Of a stretch of 64,000 nt of DNA, positions 47,301 through 61,690 are shown in pieces. This DNA is from Neoechinorhynchus agilis. Taxonomy: Eukaryota; Animalia; Acanthocephala. Within the stretch, counting starts at the first letter, position 1; the number at the start of each line of letters is the position of its first letter. The notes beneath the pieces were generated by a model, which was not told the DNA's origin, searched no databases, and saw nothing but the letters and a program-made list of their open reading frames with translations. The stretch covers positions 2,698,389-2,762,388 of the forward strand of contig CM121343.1 in the NCBI GenBank assembly GCA_051530055.1, given 5' to 3'. The position numbers were made by a program, and so were the translations under genes.

Positions 47301-50300
47301 GATCAGCGAACCTTATTTCACTGTTGGAAAGTAGATATAGGATTTTGTTAGTATAACCAATATACCCATCGATTTATTTGTTTTTTTGCCTTAGATGCAT
47401 GTAACACGGATCCAATAGTTGAGCGGATTTGGGGAAATGAACACATCGACGTCCCCAGTTCTAAGGTAAAAATGATCAATAACATCAAGTCTAAGTTATA
47501 AATGTAGGGTGAAACACAAAGTCTCCCCGTACCTCGTAATTGCGGGAAGCTCGTATCGATTACAGTATCGTCCCATTTTATTAACTCCGCTTTCTTAGCG
47601 GTAGTTCCACATCCGGCATTCCATTGTGCCACTGCGTACAAAGATGGCACTATTTGGTTATGGACTGCTATGAGATCGGAATTATCGATCCTGGAATGGC
47701 GCTGTTTTAGTGCAGTTGATAATTGTCAGGTAGGACCTGCGATCCGTGTCGATGGATGCCCATTAGCTGTAAAATGCGCATTTGCGGGTCGTCTTGCTGT
47801 TGCTTTTATGCCGTCTGATAGTGAACAATTCGGTCTTCCAAGTACACATTGGACAATTGATATGCTTCTGGGAATCTTTGAATGTGAATCAAGTGGAGGC
47901 ATCACTTGGCAAATGGAAGATTGTATTCAAATTCCTGATGTACATCTAGCAAGAAAAATATCATCCGCTTCGGGTCCCCTGCCTTCCACGTTCAATCCCC
48001 TCCGACGTTTGTCTGATCAATGTCCAAAAGTGGAATTTGAGAAGTCCAGAATAAAAACAAGGGCTTATAGCGATCAATGGGATCGTAGTACGATGGGACG
48101 AGTTTAGGAACTTGAATTTTCGTAACTCGCCTTGTATCTGCGATTCAGAAAAAATTGTTATACAAAATTTCCTATTTTGTTCCGGCATGGTGACCCTAAA
48201 CTCTTCCCAGATAGCACGATGAAGATCTTTCCACCTCGAAAACTCGTGTATATTGATTGGGGGCCATCGGGAGACGGTAGTCACATTTTAACGATGGCTG
48301 CCGGCGATATTGTACACTTCTATTATTACACTAAAACGATTTGTGGTGTGTGGAAGTGGATAAATTTTCGAACCATGAATCTGACTACACATGACGGTTT
48401 GGTTCCGGTACCGATAAAGATGAAATGGATAAGAGATGGGATGTTGCTGATTGGCTTTCACGACGAAATGCAACTTTTCTCGCCTTGGATACCACCTAAG
48501 AAATCGGTGAGAACAGATTCAAGGTACAGCAGACACCCGGGAGTGAGAGATTCAAAAAGAAGTTTTAAAAGAGAAGTGTTCAGCGCTGTATCACACGCCG
48601 ATATCTCTAGCGTTATAAGTTTGTGGATGGAAACAAGAGAAGCTAACCCTGATATTGAGCAATACCATCCTCGTTTATTGAGTGAGCTCATGATTTGTGG
48701 TCAACGTGATTGGGTAAAACAAATACTTCAATATTTATTGAAATACCTTATCACCATTTACGGCTTGGAAAAGGTGCCTGAATCCAGGCTCCACCGAACA
48801 CTTTCAATTGACGACAAGTTTGAGTACGAACACCTAATCGTGGATCAATCCAAAATCGAATCAAATATCGAAATAGAGTCTATACCGACATTACCATTAT
48901 CTCGCTTAATTTTTAAATTTATGAACTCAGAATTATCAAGTAATCAACGGCGCAGACACGAACTCCTTTCTGATACGGAGGAAGTTAAAAATGTAATGGA
49001 ACTGTTTGATGAAGAAGATCTTCATAGATTAATCGAGCTATTAAGATTTATCAAGCTACCAGGATTGACAATAGAAAATCAATGTGAGCTGGCTAATATC
49101 ATAAAAGCAGTTGCTCTCCATGAGTCTAACAAGATGATCGAAGAAACCATTGATGAAAATGGAAAACGGTTTTTATTTTTGCTACGCCTACATGATCACA
49201 GTGAAACTCAGTTCGATTTGTTACCTTTTCAAGCGATTGCTTGGGCATTGCAGTCGGATACAGAGACTCAATTAATATCCGCCATTCCTGCGCTTAACGA
49301 AGGAAATCTTTCATGGTCACAATTATCAAAATATAGAGTTGGTCTTTGGGTCCGATCAGACGAAAATCTGAAGCAACTTGTTGAGAAAACAGCCAAAGCT
49401 GCGTTTCAACGAACAAAGGATCCTTTAGATTCTGCTTCTTTCTACATAATGGTTGGCAAAAGGAGTCTATTGTCCGGATTTTATAGGGCCAAGGGAGATT
49501 TAAAAATGTCTGAGTTTTTTAAAAATGATTTTACGCATAACGCGAAGGCCGATAATACTGCTAGAAAAAATGCATATTATTTGATGCGAAATCATCGGTA
49601 CATGGAAGCGATAGCTCTTTTTTTATTGGTTCAAGACATGGAAGAGGTCGTAGAGGTTAGGAAAGTTTTAGCGGTAAAATAATTTATTCTCTTCGTAGGT
49701 ATGTTGCAGTCAACTGGGTGATCCACATTTGGCTTACGTTATAACTAGACTATGCTGCCAAGGTGAACGAAATAGTCGCTTGATGTTGAATATATTTGAA
49801 AACTGGCTTTCTGCATTGAATGAACATCCAAAAATCGTATCGGAGGATGAACTGGCATATATGAAGTTCGTTTTCAACTTTCTACAAGAACGGAGGAAGA
49901 TTGCTATGGAAATGCTCCCTCCCATTTGCCAGCTTCGCTTATATCTAACTAACAATTACGAAAGTTCGACTTCGAGCATTGGTATGGTACTCAGACTAGC
50001 TTATGAGAATTTACGGCAACGTGGAATGCCCCTTCTTACACTTCATGCACTTCTGCAATCCCGAAACGTTCAATATTGTTCTACTATAAAGCGCTATGTG
50101 GCCAATTTAAACTATATTTCATGCTTAAAACGACAATTTGCTCTTGCACTTTTTCAAGCTAAAAAAGTAACTCCAAAAAGAGTGATACATCAATATTCCC
50201 GCATTTACGATATTTCATTCGATTTTTTGGAGAACGTTCTTTGCTTTTTATTACATATTTTCTCGTAGAATAAAATTAATATATCTTTTAAAATGTTGCA

Positions 50301-53300
50301 CTTTGTAGCTCTCTTAAAATTTAGCAAATTTTCAATGGATTTTTGAAATCGGGTTTTTGTACATCCTCCATTTCTTTTAAGCCTTATTTTTGTGACAAAT
50401 ATGTCTTTTTTCGTTCCCATATTCAGCTAGCAAAGATATTAAATGAATAATGCGTTTCAAATCGAAAAAGGTTTGCGCTTAATTCAAGATTCGCGTAATT
50501 TCATGCGAAAATGAAGATGAGTGAATAAAAATAATACCTTATATTTATTTTAGCAAAAATTTACGACGAACAAATATTTATATTTTGGTCTTCGGTGAGC
50601 TGTCATCACCTCGAGAATTAAACATTAATTATTTAATTAAATATTTCGGAACCTGAGTTCCCTCTTCAGTAAATTATGTTTTTTAGCACACTCAAAAAAT
50701 AATTTACTGAAGAGAAAACTCAGGTTCCGAAATATTTAATTCAATGATTAATGTTTAATTCTCGGGGTGGTGACAGCTCACCGAAGACCAAAATTAGATT
50801 CCCCGAATGTAATACTCAAAGAAATATTTATATTCTTATTTGTTGGGAGGCTAAAATTCTAGCATAGAATATCCTTTGATGTAAATTGCCGTCATAAAGA
50901 TCTTATGCCGTGAGTTGCGCACTCTTTCCGTTGCTGGAGAACTTGAAGAACAACCGATATGTTTGCGCAATTATTTTCAAAAATGGTTACAGGATACGTC
51001 CAAAATATTGACAGAAATTTGCGGATATGATGAATCAAATGATCAGATGCTATACAGAGTTTTGCTAGCATTCTGTAGCGTCCATTCCGGCCAAGCAAAT
51101 GCCGACAATAGTATTGAATCCGTCAAATCCATGTTGCTACGTTTTTCGAGCCTTGCAGATTCGGGCGATTCAGTGTTTCCATCTCTTGTTTCCGTTCCAT
51201 TGAGCCAACCAAGCGTTATATGGCCGTTAACTCGATTCAGATCCTTATCGGGAGCTATACACGAACTAAGAGCACGATCGGAATCTATTCTAAATACTAT
51301 AGCATCCTCAAACCATGGATTACCTACACTTTTCGGTCACTCTGCGATTTGTCAACGACTTATTAATCTCCGCAACGAAGCATTTGCGTTATCCGATTGC
51401 ATCTATCAATGCTTACATGACCATGATCCGATAAATATCTCTACGAATAACGAACTTGAAGGATTTCGTTGTCAGATTCCTAAGTGCATTATGCCAACCT
51501 TTTAACTTCTGAGCACTTTATATTTTTAATAGGTTATCCAATTGTTGGCTTCTATTGAGTTCATCACCGAATGCTAAAATAGCAACCCAATGGTATTTGA
51601 TGGTCCTTTTTAAATTGTCTATATTCATTATTTTTTAAATGCTTTTAAACTTATTCTGCAAATGGGAAACTGACTCAGTAAGTCAAACTTCCGGATAAGG
51701 CATGGAACGGTTTCTGGAATGACGGTATTGGTAGAAGACGAGATGCCGATATGTCAACCTTCTGAGTGGCCTTCTCTTTCTTTTGCTAATAATACGGACG
51801 AAGCATTCATCTTTAAATGTTTACGTGGGCTTCTATTACAAGCCCTTATAAGTTGTTATATGGCTTTATTTACGTATTCAGTAACCTTTTACGATGCGAT
51901 TAGACTGAATCGCCTGATTGGAAAGCGATGGGATAGTTCTCTATGGTGTCGATTGTTTGGATGTGGAGAACAGAATATGAGATTTGTGGGGCCTTCACAT
52001 AAAATATGCGCTTACTTTTTGCTTCCGGCCTCTTCTGAACAACAAACGGGAACTGACCTTGGACAAGAAGTTAATTTGTTATCGGGCACAAATAATTCTG
52101 TTATGATTGAAAGTACTGAATTAGGCTCCATGCTCAGCGAGACCCCGGCGATTTGCCAAGAACACATGGATACTGAATCGTTTGGATGGGCTTTAATAAG
52201 GTACAATTTGCTCCTACAGACTAAAGCAAACATTGATAGGATGGTAGATTTATGCGAACTTACGTACACTTCAAGTTAGTTTTCTTGGGTTTTGTTTATA
52301 ATTCCTTTTGAGTTATTTAGGTGGATGTCTCAGTTCTAATGTATCGACAGTGATGAAAACTCTTCGTGGGTGGATTAGGCAGTCACAAAGCTTCGTAAAA
52401 CAAACGAGTGCAACTACAGGATATACGGGATGCATTCCAACTGAACTGTTTTGCTCACATACACATTCGAAAGCCGTTAGGGATTTATGGGGAACTATTC
52501 TTAATTCTGAAGATTCAGTCGCTAAGAAAATTCTTCATAATCGAAAAGTATTTTCAAGTAATGATAACCCATCTCAGTCTTATACGGAAAATGTTAAAGT
52601 CGAAAGTTTTGAGAATTCAGATCTTTCCATAAACTCATTCGTACTTAATAAGGTATCACTTCATTTGTAAATCCTTTTAAACCAGTCTCTTGATTAGTAT
52701 AACCATGCAAAAGCGTTAGTTGCGACTTCCACCAATCTAGTCGAATCATACTCAACCAATGAGAAAACCGAAACGTATCCTGTGGATGATGTGGTCACTT
52801 GGTCCGATGAAGAACAATTTAACAGTTTTTCATTCACTGACAGAAAATGTCCACGGCATCGAAAGGTTCGATTAGTCGCTCTTATCTATAGCATCATTTT
52901 ATTGTCCCTTCTTATCTGATTTTTCTCTGTCAGAAACCTTTCAAACTTGGATTCCATAGTGAAATCATTGGATAAAATGTAGTTGGCCTTTTGCGCAGCC
53001 TTCAAGCATCTCTTTTATCTTTACAATGTGTCGCAAGACTCATAGAGACAATTTGTGTTACAGGTAAAAAAAGAGATAAAAATCGGAAATGCATGCGCAC
53101 TCGCTTCGAGCTACCACAATGAGTTTCTTTGTAAGTAAATATACTTTTTCAAACAAAACCTACTATATATTACAGATTCGATCGGTTGTACTGACGGCTC
53201 GACATTTCTGCTGTCTACTGAGAACAATCCAAAGGTCAATTTGATCTCATCGGGCGATAAAGGTGGAGGAGGAGGATCATATTCGCATGCGATTACATCC

Positions 53301-54053
53301 ATAAGCTTTAATGGCGCGAATCGGATTGCACTGACAAACCTATCCGGCCAACTTGAACTTTATCGGATCGATAATCTGACTCGGCAATCCTATTATCGAC
53401 TAAAGAGTCACACAAAGCATGCTTATGGAATTTGTTCAATTGGTCTAAGCAAGCGGTGTTCATCGATCTTCGCCACATGTGGAGCTAGTTCAGATTCTCG
53501 AAATGTCTCATTATGGGACACTCTTTTACCACCTCGTTGCGCTTGTGCCACCAGTAAGATAGATGGATACTTTTTTTAACGCTTGTTCACACTGTTCAAT
53601 TTAGGTTTTCATTGTCACGAAAGTGGTTGTCTTTGTCTAACATATTCTCCGATTCATAATATCTTAATAACCGGCGGCAAAAAGGGTGATATAACCGTGT
53701 TTGACATCCGTCAGCGGCGTAAATTGCACCACACTCACCAACAATCATCGTCTCCAATCACTCATATCGCATTGAACACTCTTGAAAGTGTATACGCAAC
53801 AGGCGCACATGATGGATCGTTAAAACTTTGGTCGACCAGTAACCACGAAACGATGCTTTCGATTAATACGACTCAAAAAGAAGTCAAATTGAACCAAAAC
53901 AATGCAGGATTAACACATATCCTTAAATCTAAAGGATGTGTAAATGGTCGAGGAATCGGAGATCTTGAGTTTGTGGACGCGGAAAACCTCATGTACAATA
54001 CCTACGACGGTGCACTAAAGTATTTCCATGCTTCATTGAACGATATGTTCTGA
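44362..54053 (+). CDS. DMXL: DmX-like protein / Rabconnectin-3 alpha (multi-exon; WD40 repeats and Rav1p_C)
   Basis: N-terminus MFCHQIIPGTVNPG..SVGSV..|AYGSGCNLVILD (intron 44449-44494); CESSGG..W..ED; YHPRLLSELM; Rav1-like KTAKAAFQRTKDPLDSASFY..RKNAYYL; C-terminal WD40s DSRNVSLWDTLLP and LITGGKKGDITVFDIRQR. Most internal exon boundaries were not individually mapped. Confidence 0.92.
50582..50794. mobile_element. Foldback/MITE-like near-perfect palindrome inside a DMXL intron
   Basis: attttggtcttcggtgagctgtca...tcttcagtaaattat [short loop] ataatttactgaaga...tgacagctcaccgaagaccaaaat. No clear TSD. Confidence 0.75.
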
Positions 54054-54196
54054 TGCTTTCAACACACCCAAATTCACGAGGATTTGGATAAACAAAAAAA
54101 ACAACCACACTCGCTCATTTGTGAACGGTGAAACAAACAAACAAACAAAAAAAATACACACACAATTATTTCACATTTGTGGAAGTGCGCTACAAG

Positions 54197-57100
54197 TTAC
54201 TGTTGGTTCGCTATTACATAACGGCCGTCATTGGTCCTCATAAAGCGACTTATAGTAGTGGTGAGTTTTCGCACATCTTCCTGGAGAATGGCTTGTTGAT
54301 TTTTGAGTTGAGTCAAACTGTCAGATATGTTGACGACAGCCTGCGTAAAAGTTTTTTTTGTTTATGTATTTGCACCAAAAATTAAACCTCACCCGGCTCA
54401 AATCAGCCATTGTATTTGCGTTGTCGTTTAATTGACTGCGTTCGATTTTCAATGCCCGTAAACTATTTTAATAAGAAGTAAAAAAAACAACGATATTTTG
54501 GAATTTTTCTAAATTGAAGCTTATAATAAAGTTGTCGGTAACTCCCTTTTTTTCTTTAAAAAAGCGAGGAAATTTGGGATACCTGATAAGTTTAATGTTA
54601 AAAAATCTAGTGATTACCGATGCACAGCCTTAAGAAATCGTTTTTGGTGATCGCGTATTTCACTGGCCCTGCCGGATTTGGTGAGTTTTGTCAATCGATA
54701 GATCCGCCATGTCTCTTGGAGCACGACTGCAGCGCTTTCCCTTAGCTATAAGAGCAATATTCGTGTTAATCTTATCGTGAATTGCATGATTTGCGCTTAC
54801 CCGTTTGTTTAATTGAGAATCCATTACAAAATTATGTACATGCTTTTCGGCCCGCGTAAGTTCAAGCTTTCTAGTCAAGACAGCCACCATCGTTGCAGTG
54901 CATGAGACTCCCTTTAGATCAAGAGATTCCATAAGTTTAAGGACGATTAAAAACTTGGTTACCATCATAGCTGAAACGACGCAAATTGTACGACCACAAT
55001 AAGTTTGAGGCACAATGTCGCCATATCCAACAGCGAGAAAGGTAACAGAAATGAGCCACATTGAGTTTAGGATATTTGAATGTCGTTCCGGGTCATGCCT
55101 TCTAAAGATCCGAAAGTGATATTGTATTTTAAAATGAAAACACTTAAAACGTTCACCTACAATTCACATGCTCTGATAGTCCAGCTTGCAATCATGAACA
55201 GTGTAAGTACAAACGTGATAATCACAGTGCCCGGACAAATCGTCATTAGAGCTTTAACAACGAATTGAGAATTGATATCGATTCTATTAAGTGCTCCGAT
55301 GCTTCTGCTGGACGCATCTGTAAACATCCTACTGTGTAGAAGCATTACCCTGCATATCAAGTAGAGACGCATGAACATGGGCAACGACAGGAACAAATCC
55401 AACGACATGGCATGATTTTGTCCATTGTTCATCGTCCCCTCTTCTGCAGGAGGCAACAAATAACTTATGTAGTGTGTAAATGGTACTGGATGAATACTGC
55501 AGACCATGAATTCGAGAAAAAATTTAATCGCTCGGTCGGCGCTGACTGCAATTTGCCAGTCCTCAACGCCATTGTCAACCATAAAAAGCTAAAGTTGCCA
55601 CTTTTCTTTGATCAACAATCAGCCACTCAACTACTCACTTGCACTTCCAAGGCGTGATATGCCGTGACCAACATCAACAAAAATATCGTGGATATTGTGA
55701 TGCAAGTTTTTATGACTAGAGAAAATATGCTTTCCTAAAATCGCGTACTGTCGAAATAATTCACACTGAACGCAAAACAACAACAACAACAACAACAACG
55801 CAATGAATACTCAATAGAAATACTTTTTTGACAAATTCTTAGCTTTTGAAAATAATCGCCCATTGTATTAATTGCGACCAATTGCACTTCACCCAAAATA
55901 TCTTTATCCTCTTTAAATCAACAAAAAATCAATTGTATTAATATTAGTAAGTCTCAAAAATAAATCGCAGCAATCGTCAATTACTTTGATCAATACCCTC
56001 GTCCAACAAAATATTTCTATCAGAGAATCAACGATTCAGAAAGATAAGGCACTCTTATTTGAAAAAATAAATCGCAGCCAACAAAATATTTCTATCAGAG
56101 AATCAACGATTCAGAAAGTAAGGCACTCTTATTTGAAAAAATAAATCGCAGCAATCGTCAATTACTTTGATCAATACTCGTCCAACAAAATATTTCATCA
56201 GAGAATCAACGATTAGAAAGTAAGGCACTCTTATTTGAAAATAAATCGCAGCAATCGTCAATTACTTGATCAATACCCTCGTCCAACAAAATATTTCTAT
56301 CAGAGAATCAACGATTCAGAAAGTTAAGGCACTCTTATTTGAAAAAATAAATCGCAGCAATCGTCAATTACTTTGATCAATACCCTCGTCCAACAAAATA
56401 TTTCTATCAGAGAATCAACGATTCAGAAAGTTAAGGCACTCTTATTTGAAAAAATAAATCGCAGCAATCGTCAATTACTTTGATCAATACCCTCGTCCAA
56501 CAAAATAACAAACCCCCCAACAAAAATTTCTATCAGAGAATCAACGATTCAGAAAGTTAAGGCACTCTTATTTGAAAAAATAAATCGCGCAATCGTCAAT
56601 TACTTTGATCAATACCCTCGTCCAACAAAATATTTCTATCAGAGAATCAACGATTCAGAAAGTTAAGGCACTCTTATTTGAAAAAATAAATCGCAGCAAT
56701 CGTCAATTACTTTGATCAATACCCTCGTCCAACAAAATATTTCTATCAGAGAATCAACGATTCAGAAAGTTAAGGCACTCTTATTTGAAAAAATAAATCG
56801 CAGCAATCGTCAATTACTTTGATCAATACCCTCGTCCAACAAAATATTTCTATCAGAGAATCAACGATTCAGAAAGTTAAGGCACTCTTATTTGAAAAAA
56901 TAAATCGCAGCAATCGTCAATTACTTTGATCAATACCCTCGTCCAACAAAATATTTCTATCAGAGAATCAACGATTCAGAAAGTTAAGGCACTCTTATTT
57001 GGGTCTTCACCCTGCAAATAATATTTTATTAAAGACGTTCTGTGAACCTTGTGGGTTTCGTCCACAGTTCTAAAAAACGAGTAAACAATTATTTACCGGG

Positions 57101-58048
57101 TTAAACCCTAAATAACACTTCCAATCATGGCAATGAGTGATAAAGATATTCCTCCGTTCTGATCGGAACGTTTATAAATTCCATCGAGGCGAAAAATCAT
57201 AAAAGCGATTATTGGTATATTGTACTGGTCGCGACCAATTATTTCTCCATTAAACCAATGTTTAGCAAATTTAAACGTCTAAAATCCACAAAAAGCCATA
57301 AAAAATCGATCATTGCTTGCACATTCATTGCGACCAATAATTGTTAATTTAGACCTATCTTTAATTTTTAGATCTTCTGAATTCCACGGAAACTAAATCG
57401 CTGCAATCGTCCACCATTGAATCAATCGCGACTAATAATTGTTCGCAATTAAACCAAATTTAAATTTTTTAAAACTCTTATGGACCTAAAACCCCGTAGT
57501 AAGTCTTTTAGTTTTTAGAATAGATTTGTTTAAAATATAAATTACCTTTGAGTAGATTTCAGCGAGGCTTAATTCGGTTTCGGTGATCATTAGAAGGAGA
57601 CCCGATAAGGCAAAGCAGAGTGAAACGTCCGTTATTTTGCATTTCTTTTTGAACAGGACTTTCCTTCGTCTTAGGCGATCATATTCTTTTTTGGCTGCTC
57701 GTTGTTTCTTCGATGATACTCGTGTGCTCGGAGGCACGTCGATTGCTTTTCGCGTGCTTGGCACTATCAACTGTTGATCTCTGCTGTCACCTGAAATGAG
57801 ACGGAACCGAATGTCGTCGATGAACATAAGATAAAATGATAGCTCTTTTTTTATCGTCTGCTTTTGGCCGAATAGAAAAATTCACAGGGATAGAAGCTGT
57901 AATTACCTGTGGTTTTCATATTGCTATCCTTTTTAGAAGAAGTATAATTTTGATAGAGTGTAGAGTCACTGCTTGCGGAGACTGGCTCGAAGAATGTAGT
58001 ACAGCTTTCATTGAGCCTGATTCCACTGGCGATTGTTGCTGCCGTCAT
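54197..58048 (-). CDS. KCNN: Small-conductance Ca2+-activated K+ channel (SK/KCNN), multi-exon
   Basis: [25 protein letters not shown]; [29 protein letters not shown]; pore [14 protein letters not shown]; [17 protein letters not shown]; CaM-binding [24 protein letters not shown]|[21 protein letters not shown]. Intron 57791-57906 checked; stop at 54197-54199. The first exon is tentative. Confidence 0.93.
55955..57001. repeat. 107-bp tandem repeat (~10 copies) inside the large KCNN intron
   Basis: gaaaaaataaatcg at 56341 and 56448, and at 56680, 56787 and 56894. Some early units carry small deletions. Confidence 0.93.
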
Positions 58049-60364
58049 TCTTATGTGATATTCTTGTCAAAACGGATCCTGACTGTGTGTATGACAGATC
58101 GAATAGAGATAAAAGTATTTGCAACGCATCAGCACGCACACACCAAGTTACTCCGCAACTCTCTTGCAGACATAATATAATGAACGGTTACGTTTCCTAA
58201 CATCAAAACCATTACTCACATCATTAGCATCCGGAAAGGATCGCTACGACTGTCGAGTGGCAGAGTCGTCGAGATCGAAAATTCATTTCATTCGAAAGGA
58301 ACCTTAAAAATCAAAAAAACCCATAATATTGATGTTCTTCTTCTATTAATTCACCAAACCATTCACACTTTCGGTGCCTACTACCAATTAGAAGTCGAAT
58401 AATTATGAAACCGACCAAACACAATCTCTCGTCCTATTTACATTTTAAGCAGTTTGATCTGTGATCTTCTATGAGGAACATACCCATCAAAAGGTAAAAC
58501 GGATCAGGTTTTAATGTCAAAGTGACGTTTAGCACTTTCCATTTCTCCATGTTGATGTGATTGCACCACTAATGATGCCCCAAAACGCCATGGAATATCA
58601 CATTAGGCAAAACTCACGGTCCCGGCCCTCTAGGAATTTAATGTTTAATACGAACGTGCAAACGTCTGTCTCGAAATAGAAGAGAATTAGGACAGGATTT
58701 TAAGAGAGAAAAGTACTTTTGTGCTAGTCGCAATCTTGAGGAGGTAGATCGATATGCATTTTGCTACTACCAACGCAGTGAATAATACGCAGAGACGGTG
58801 AAGCCAGACTTAAAATAACTATTAAGCCTTTCTTAAGTCCTTAGAATTAACATAAATAGTCCGGTAGTAAAACAAACCTTACATTAATCTCGTGATTAAC
58901 TTCTCACCTTTTAAATCATTGGGAAAAACACGCATTTTAGCCCTATTCAAGGACACAATAAAAAAAATTTTGTTATAAAGCTTAAATACTATTTATTATA
59001 ACGACTCCTACAGACACTCAGTAAAGTGCAAATATTTAAAATTTTTGTGGATTCTTTAAAATGCGAAATTAATAACGGTTAAAATTAAACATTCGTCCCG
59101 TTCTGCCTTAATTCTATTGAAAAGGAAAAATTAACGCTCGGACCAATTTCGATATCATTCATAATTTCACTCATAAACCAGGCCAATGAGTATCTAACGT
59201 AAATCCATAGATCTATTTTATCTAAAATTTATTAGTTGATTAATCCATGCGAATTATTAATTTATCCAGCAACGTTCAAAACAGCAGTCGGCGAGGCATC
59301 GATGCTTTTTGTCTCAGTAATTAAATACATTTTCAGTAATAAAAACATAATTGCGATCATTACGCTTCAATCAATCTCAAATAGAACGCGATATTAAAAT
59401 AATTCACGAGATTGAAGTATCCCATTCCCAAGTTAGTGCATTTCCAGTAAACATGAAATACTGATTAAATATAATCGATATTTCATCTCAAAATGCCATT
59501 TTAAAAACAAGAGTTTATTAGGTATTGGAGTTCTGAACGACTATTATTACCTCGATAAGTAATTAAAAAAGAATATTAGAATTCTATACTCCCCGATGTG
59601 GTGTTTGATAACATCAAACATGCGAACTAATTCAATTCCCCTTAGAGATCTGGAATTATGGAAGGGCAAACCATTCGTAAAACGAAATCTTAAAATATCG
59701 CTTTTATGCCCAAAAATAAATCCGTTAAAGCTAAATAAATCAAGAAGATAATCTTTATGCGCCACAGGGAACAATAGTGTTAAATATTCAGGACAACGCG
59801 AGATATGATATTAAAACTATTATATTCTTAATGAGTAAAAAATACGATATGCAAACAAAGGGTTGTCGATGTCTTCATCCAGTAAAGAATTCGCTCGATT
59901 AAAGACGATTCGAACCTTGTCGAGTTCATCACTTAAGTTTGTCAGTTATAAAAGACGAATTGATAATGAACCCAATGAGCTTTGAAACGTCTTTAATCGA
60001 AAAAAATATTTACCCGGTGGAGACCGAAATAACACACTTCTAAAGCACTGATTTGTCATGAGCAAAACAGTTGAATTCACAGGTTAAATTTAATCATTTC
60101 ATGAGAAGAAATAAACAGTCATTTCCTATTTTTGTTTATTACATCTGAATGATAAGTTCAGAAACTTTATCACCAATCGAAGATCAAAAGTGAGGCGTTT
60201 CCTTAGTCGACATTTTTAATACTTTGAGAAAAGTCCGACGACATTTTCATTTATATTCTTTTTCTCTATACGGCGAGTTTTTCCCTCCTCGAGATTTATA
60301 AACATGCAAATTTTCGAGGCCTCACCCACCTTATCAAGCATTGCTTGTAAGTTTTTTCAAATGT

Positions 60365-61390
60365 GAATTTTGTTTGGTGGTTGAGAAAATAGATTTACAA
60401 ACAACCTTAAGAAGTCGGACAAGTTAATGTCTATTTTCTCAGTCACCAAACAAAATATATCCATGAACAACGTCTTGACAATCACAAGAATAATCCGACA
60501 ACGAGTAATATTTGCAGTTGATTAGCTGAGGTTGGGCAATCAGTTCATAAAGAAAATATTCTAGCATTTTAAAAAGTGTCTTATTGTTTGGTGGTTGAGA
60601 AAATAGATTTACAAACAACCTTAAGAAGTCGGACAAGTTAATGTCTATTTTCTCAGTCACCAAACAAAATATATCCATGAACAACGTCTTGACAATCACA
60701 AGAATAATCCGACAACGAGTAATATTTGCAGTTGATTAGCTGAGGTTGGGCAATCAGTTCATAAAGAAAATATTCTAGCATTTTAAAAAGTGTCTTATTG
60801 TTTGGTGGTTGAGAAAATAGATTTACAAACAACCTTAAGAAGTCGGACAAGTTAATGTCTATTTTCTCAGTCACCAAACAAAATATATCCATGAACAACG
60901 TCTTGACAATCACAAGAATAATCCGACAACGAGTAATATTTGCAGTTGATTAGCTGAGGTTGGGCAATCAGTTCATAAAGAAAATATTCTAGCATTTTAA
61001 AAAGTGTCTTATTGTTTGGTGGTTGAGAAAATAGATTTACAAACAACCTTAAGAAGTCGGACAAATTAATGTCTATTTTCTCAGTCACCAAACAAAATAT
61101 ATCCATGAACAACGTCTTGACAATCACAAGAATAATCCGACAACGAGTAATATTTGCAGTTGATTAGCTGAGGTTGGGCAATCAGTTCATAAAGAAAATA
61201 TTCTAGCATTTTAAAAAGTGTCTTATTGTTTGGTGGTTGAGAAAATAGATTTACAAACAACCTTAAGAAGTCGGACAAGTTAATGTCTATTTTCTCAGTC
61301 ACCAAACAAAATATATCCATGAACAACGTCTTGACAATCACAAGAATAATCCGACAACGAGTAATATTTGCAGTTGATTAGCTAAGGTTG
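60365..61390. repeat. 214-bp tandem repeat, ~4.8 near-identical copies
   Basis: Identical 86-aa pseudo-ORFs at 60439, 60653, 60867 and 61081 (214-bp step). Confidence 0.97.
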
Positions 61391-61690
61391 CGAGTTTCTT
61401 ATTGTTTGTTCTGCAGATATCTGAAAACGCATTTTAAAAACTTGCTTTTAAAAATCTCGTGTTACCGAGTAATTTAATTTTTCCTCAATCCCCAAAGTAA
61501 CCCAAAAGATCAAACAGAAAAAACATATAAATTAATCTCATCAAAGCAAATTAAGCAGCGAATCGCGGTAATGAGTTAGAAGATCAAAAACTGATAAGAA
61601 AAAGTTAACACGAATGATCTTAAAGGGCACGACTAAAATAGAAATTAAGGATTTATCCAATAGTAGAAGGATGCTAGATTTTTTTGCGGT

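Noticed and set aside
46742-52269. Minus-strand ORFs opposite DMXL, and similar antisense ORFs opposite GTF2E1, KAT2, KCNN and the CRE copies
   Set aside because: Shadow ORFs of real coding exons with no independent motifs.
60439-61341. Four identical 86-aa ORFs
   Set aside because: An artefact of the 214-bp period (not a multiple of 3); each ORF wraps across a unit junction.
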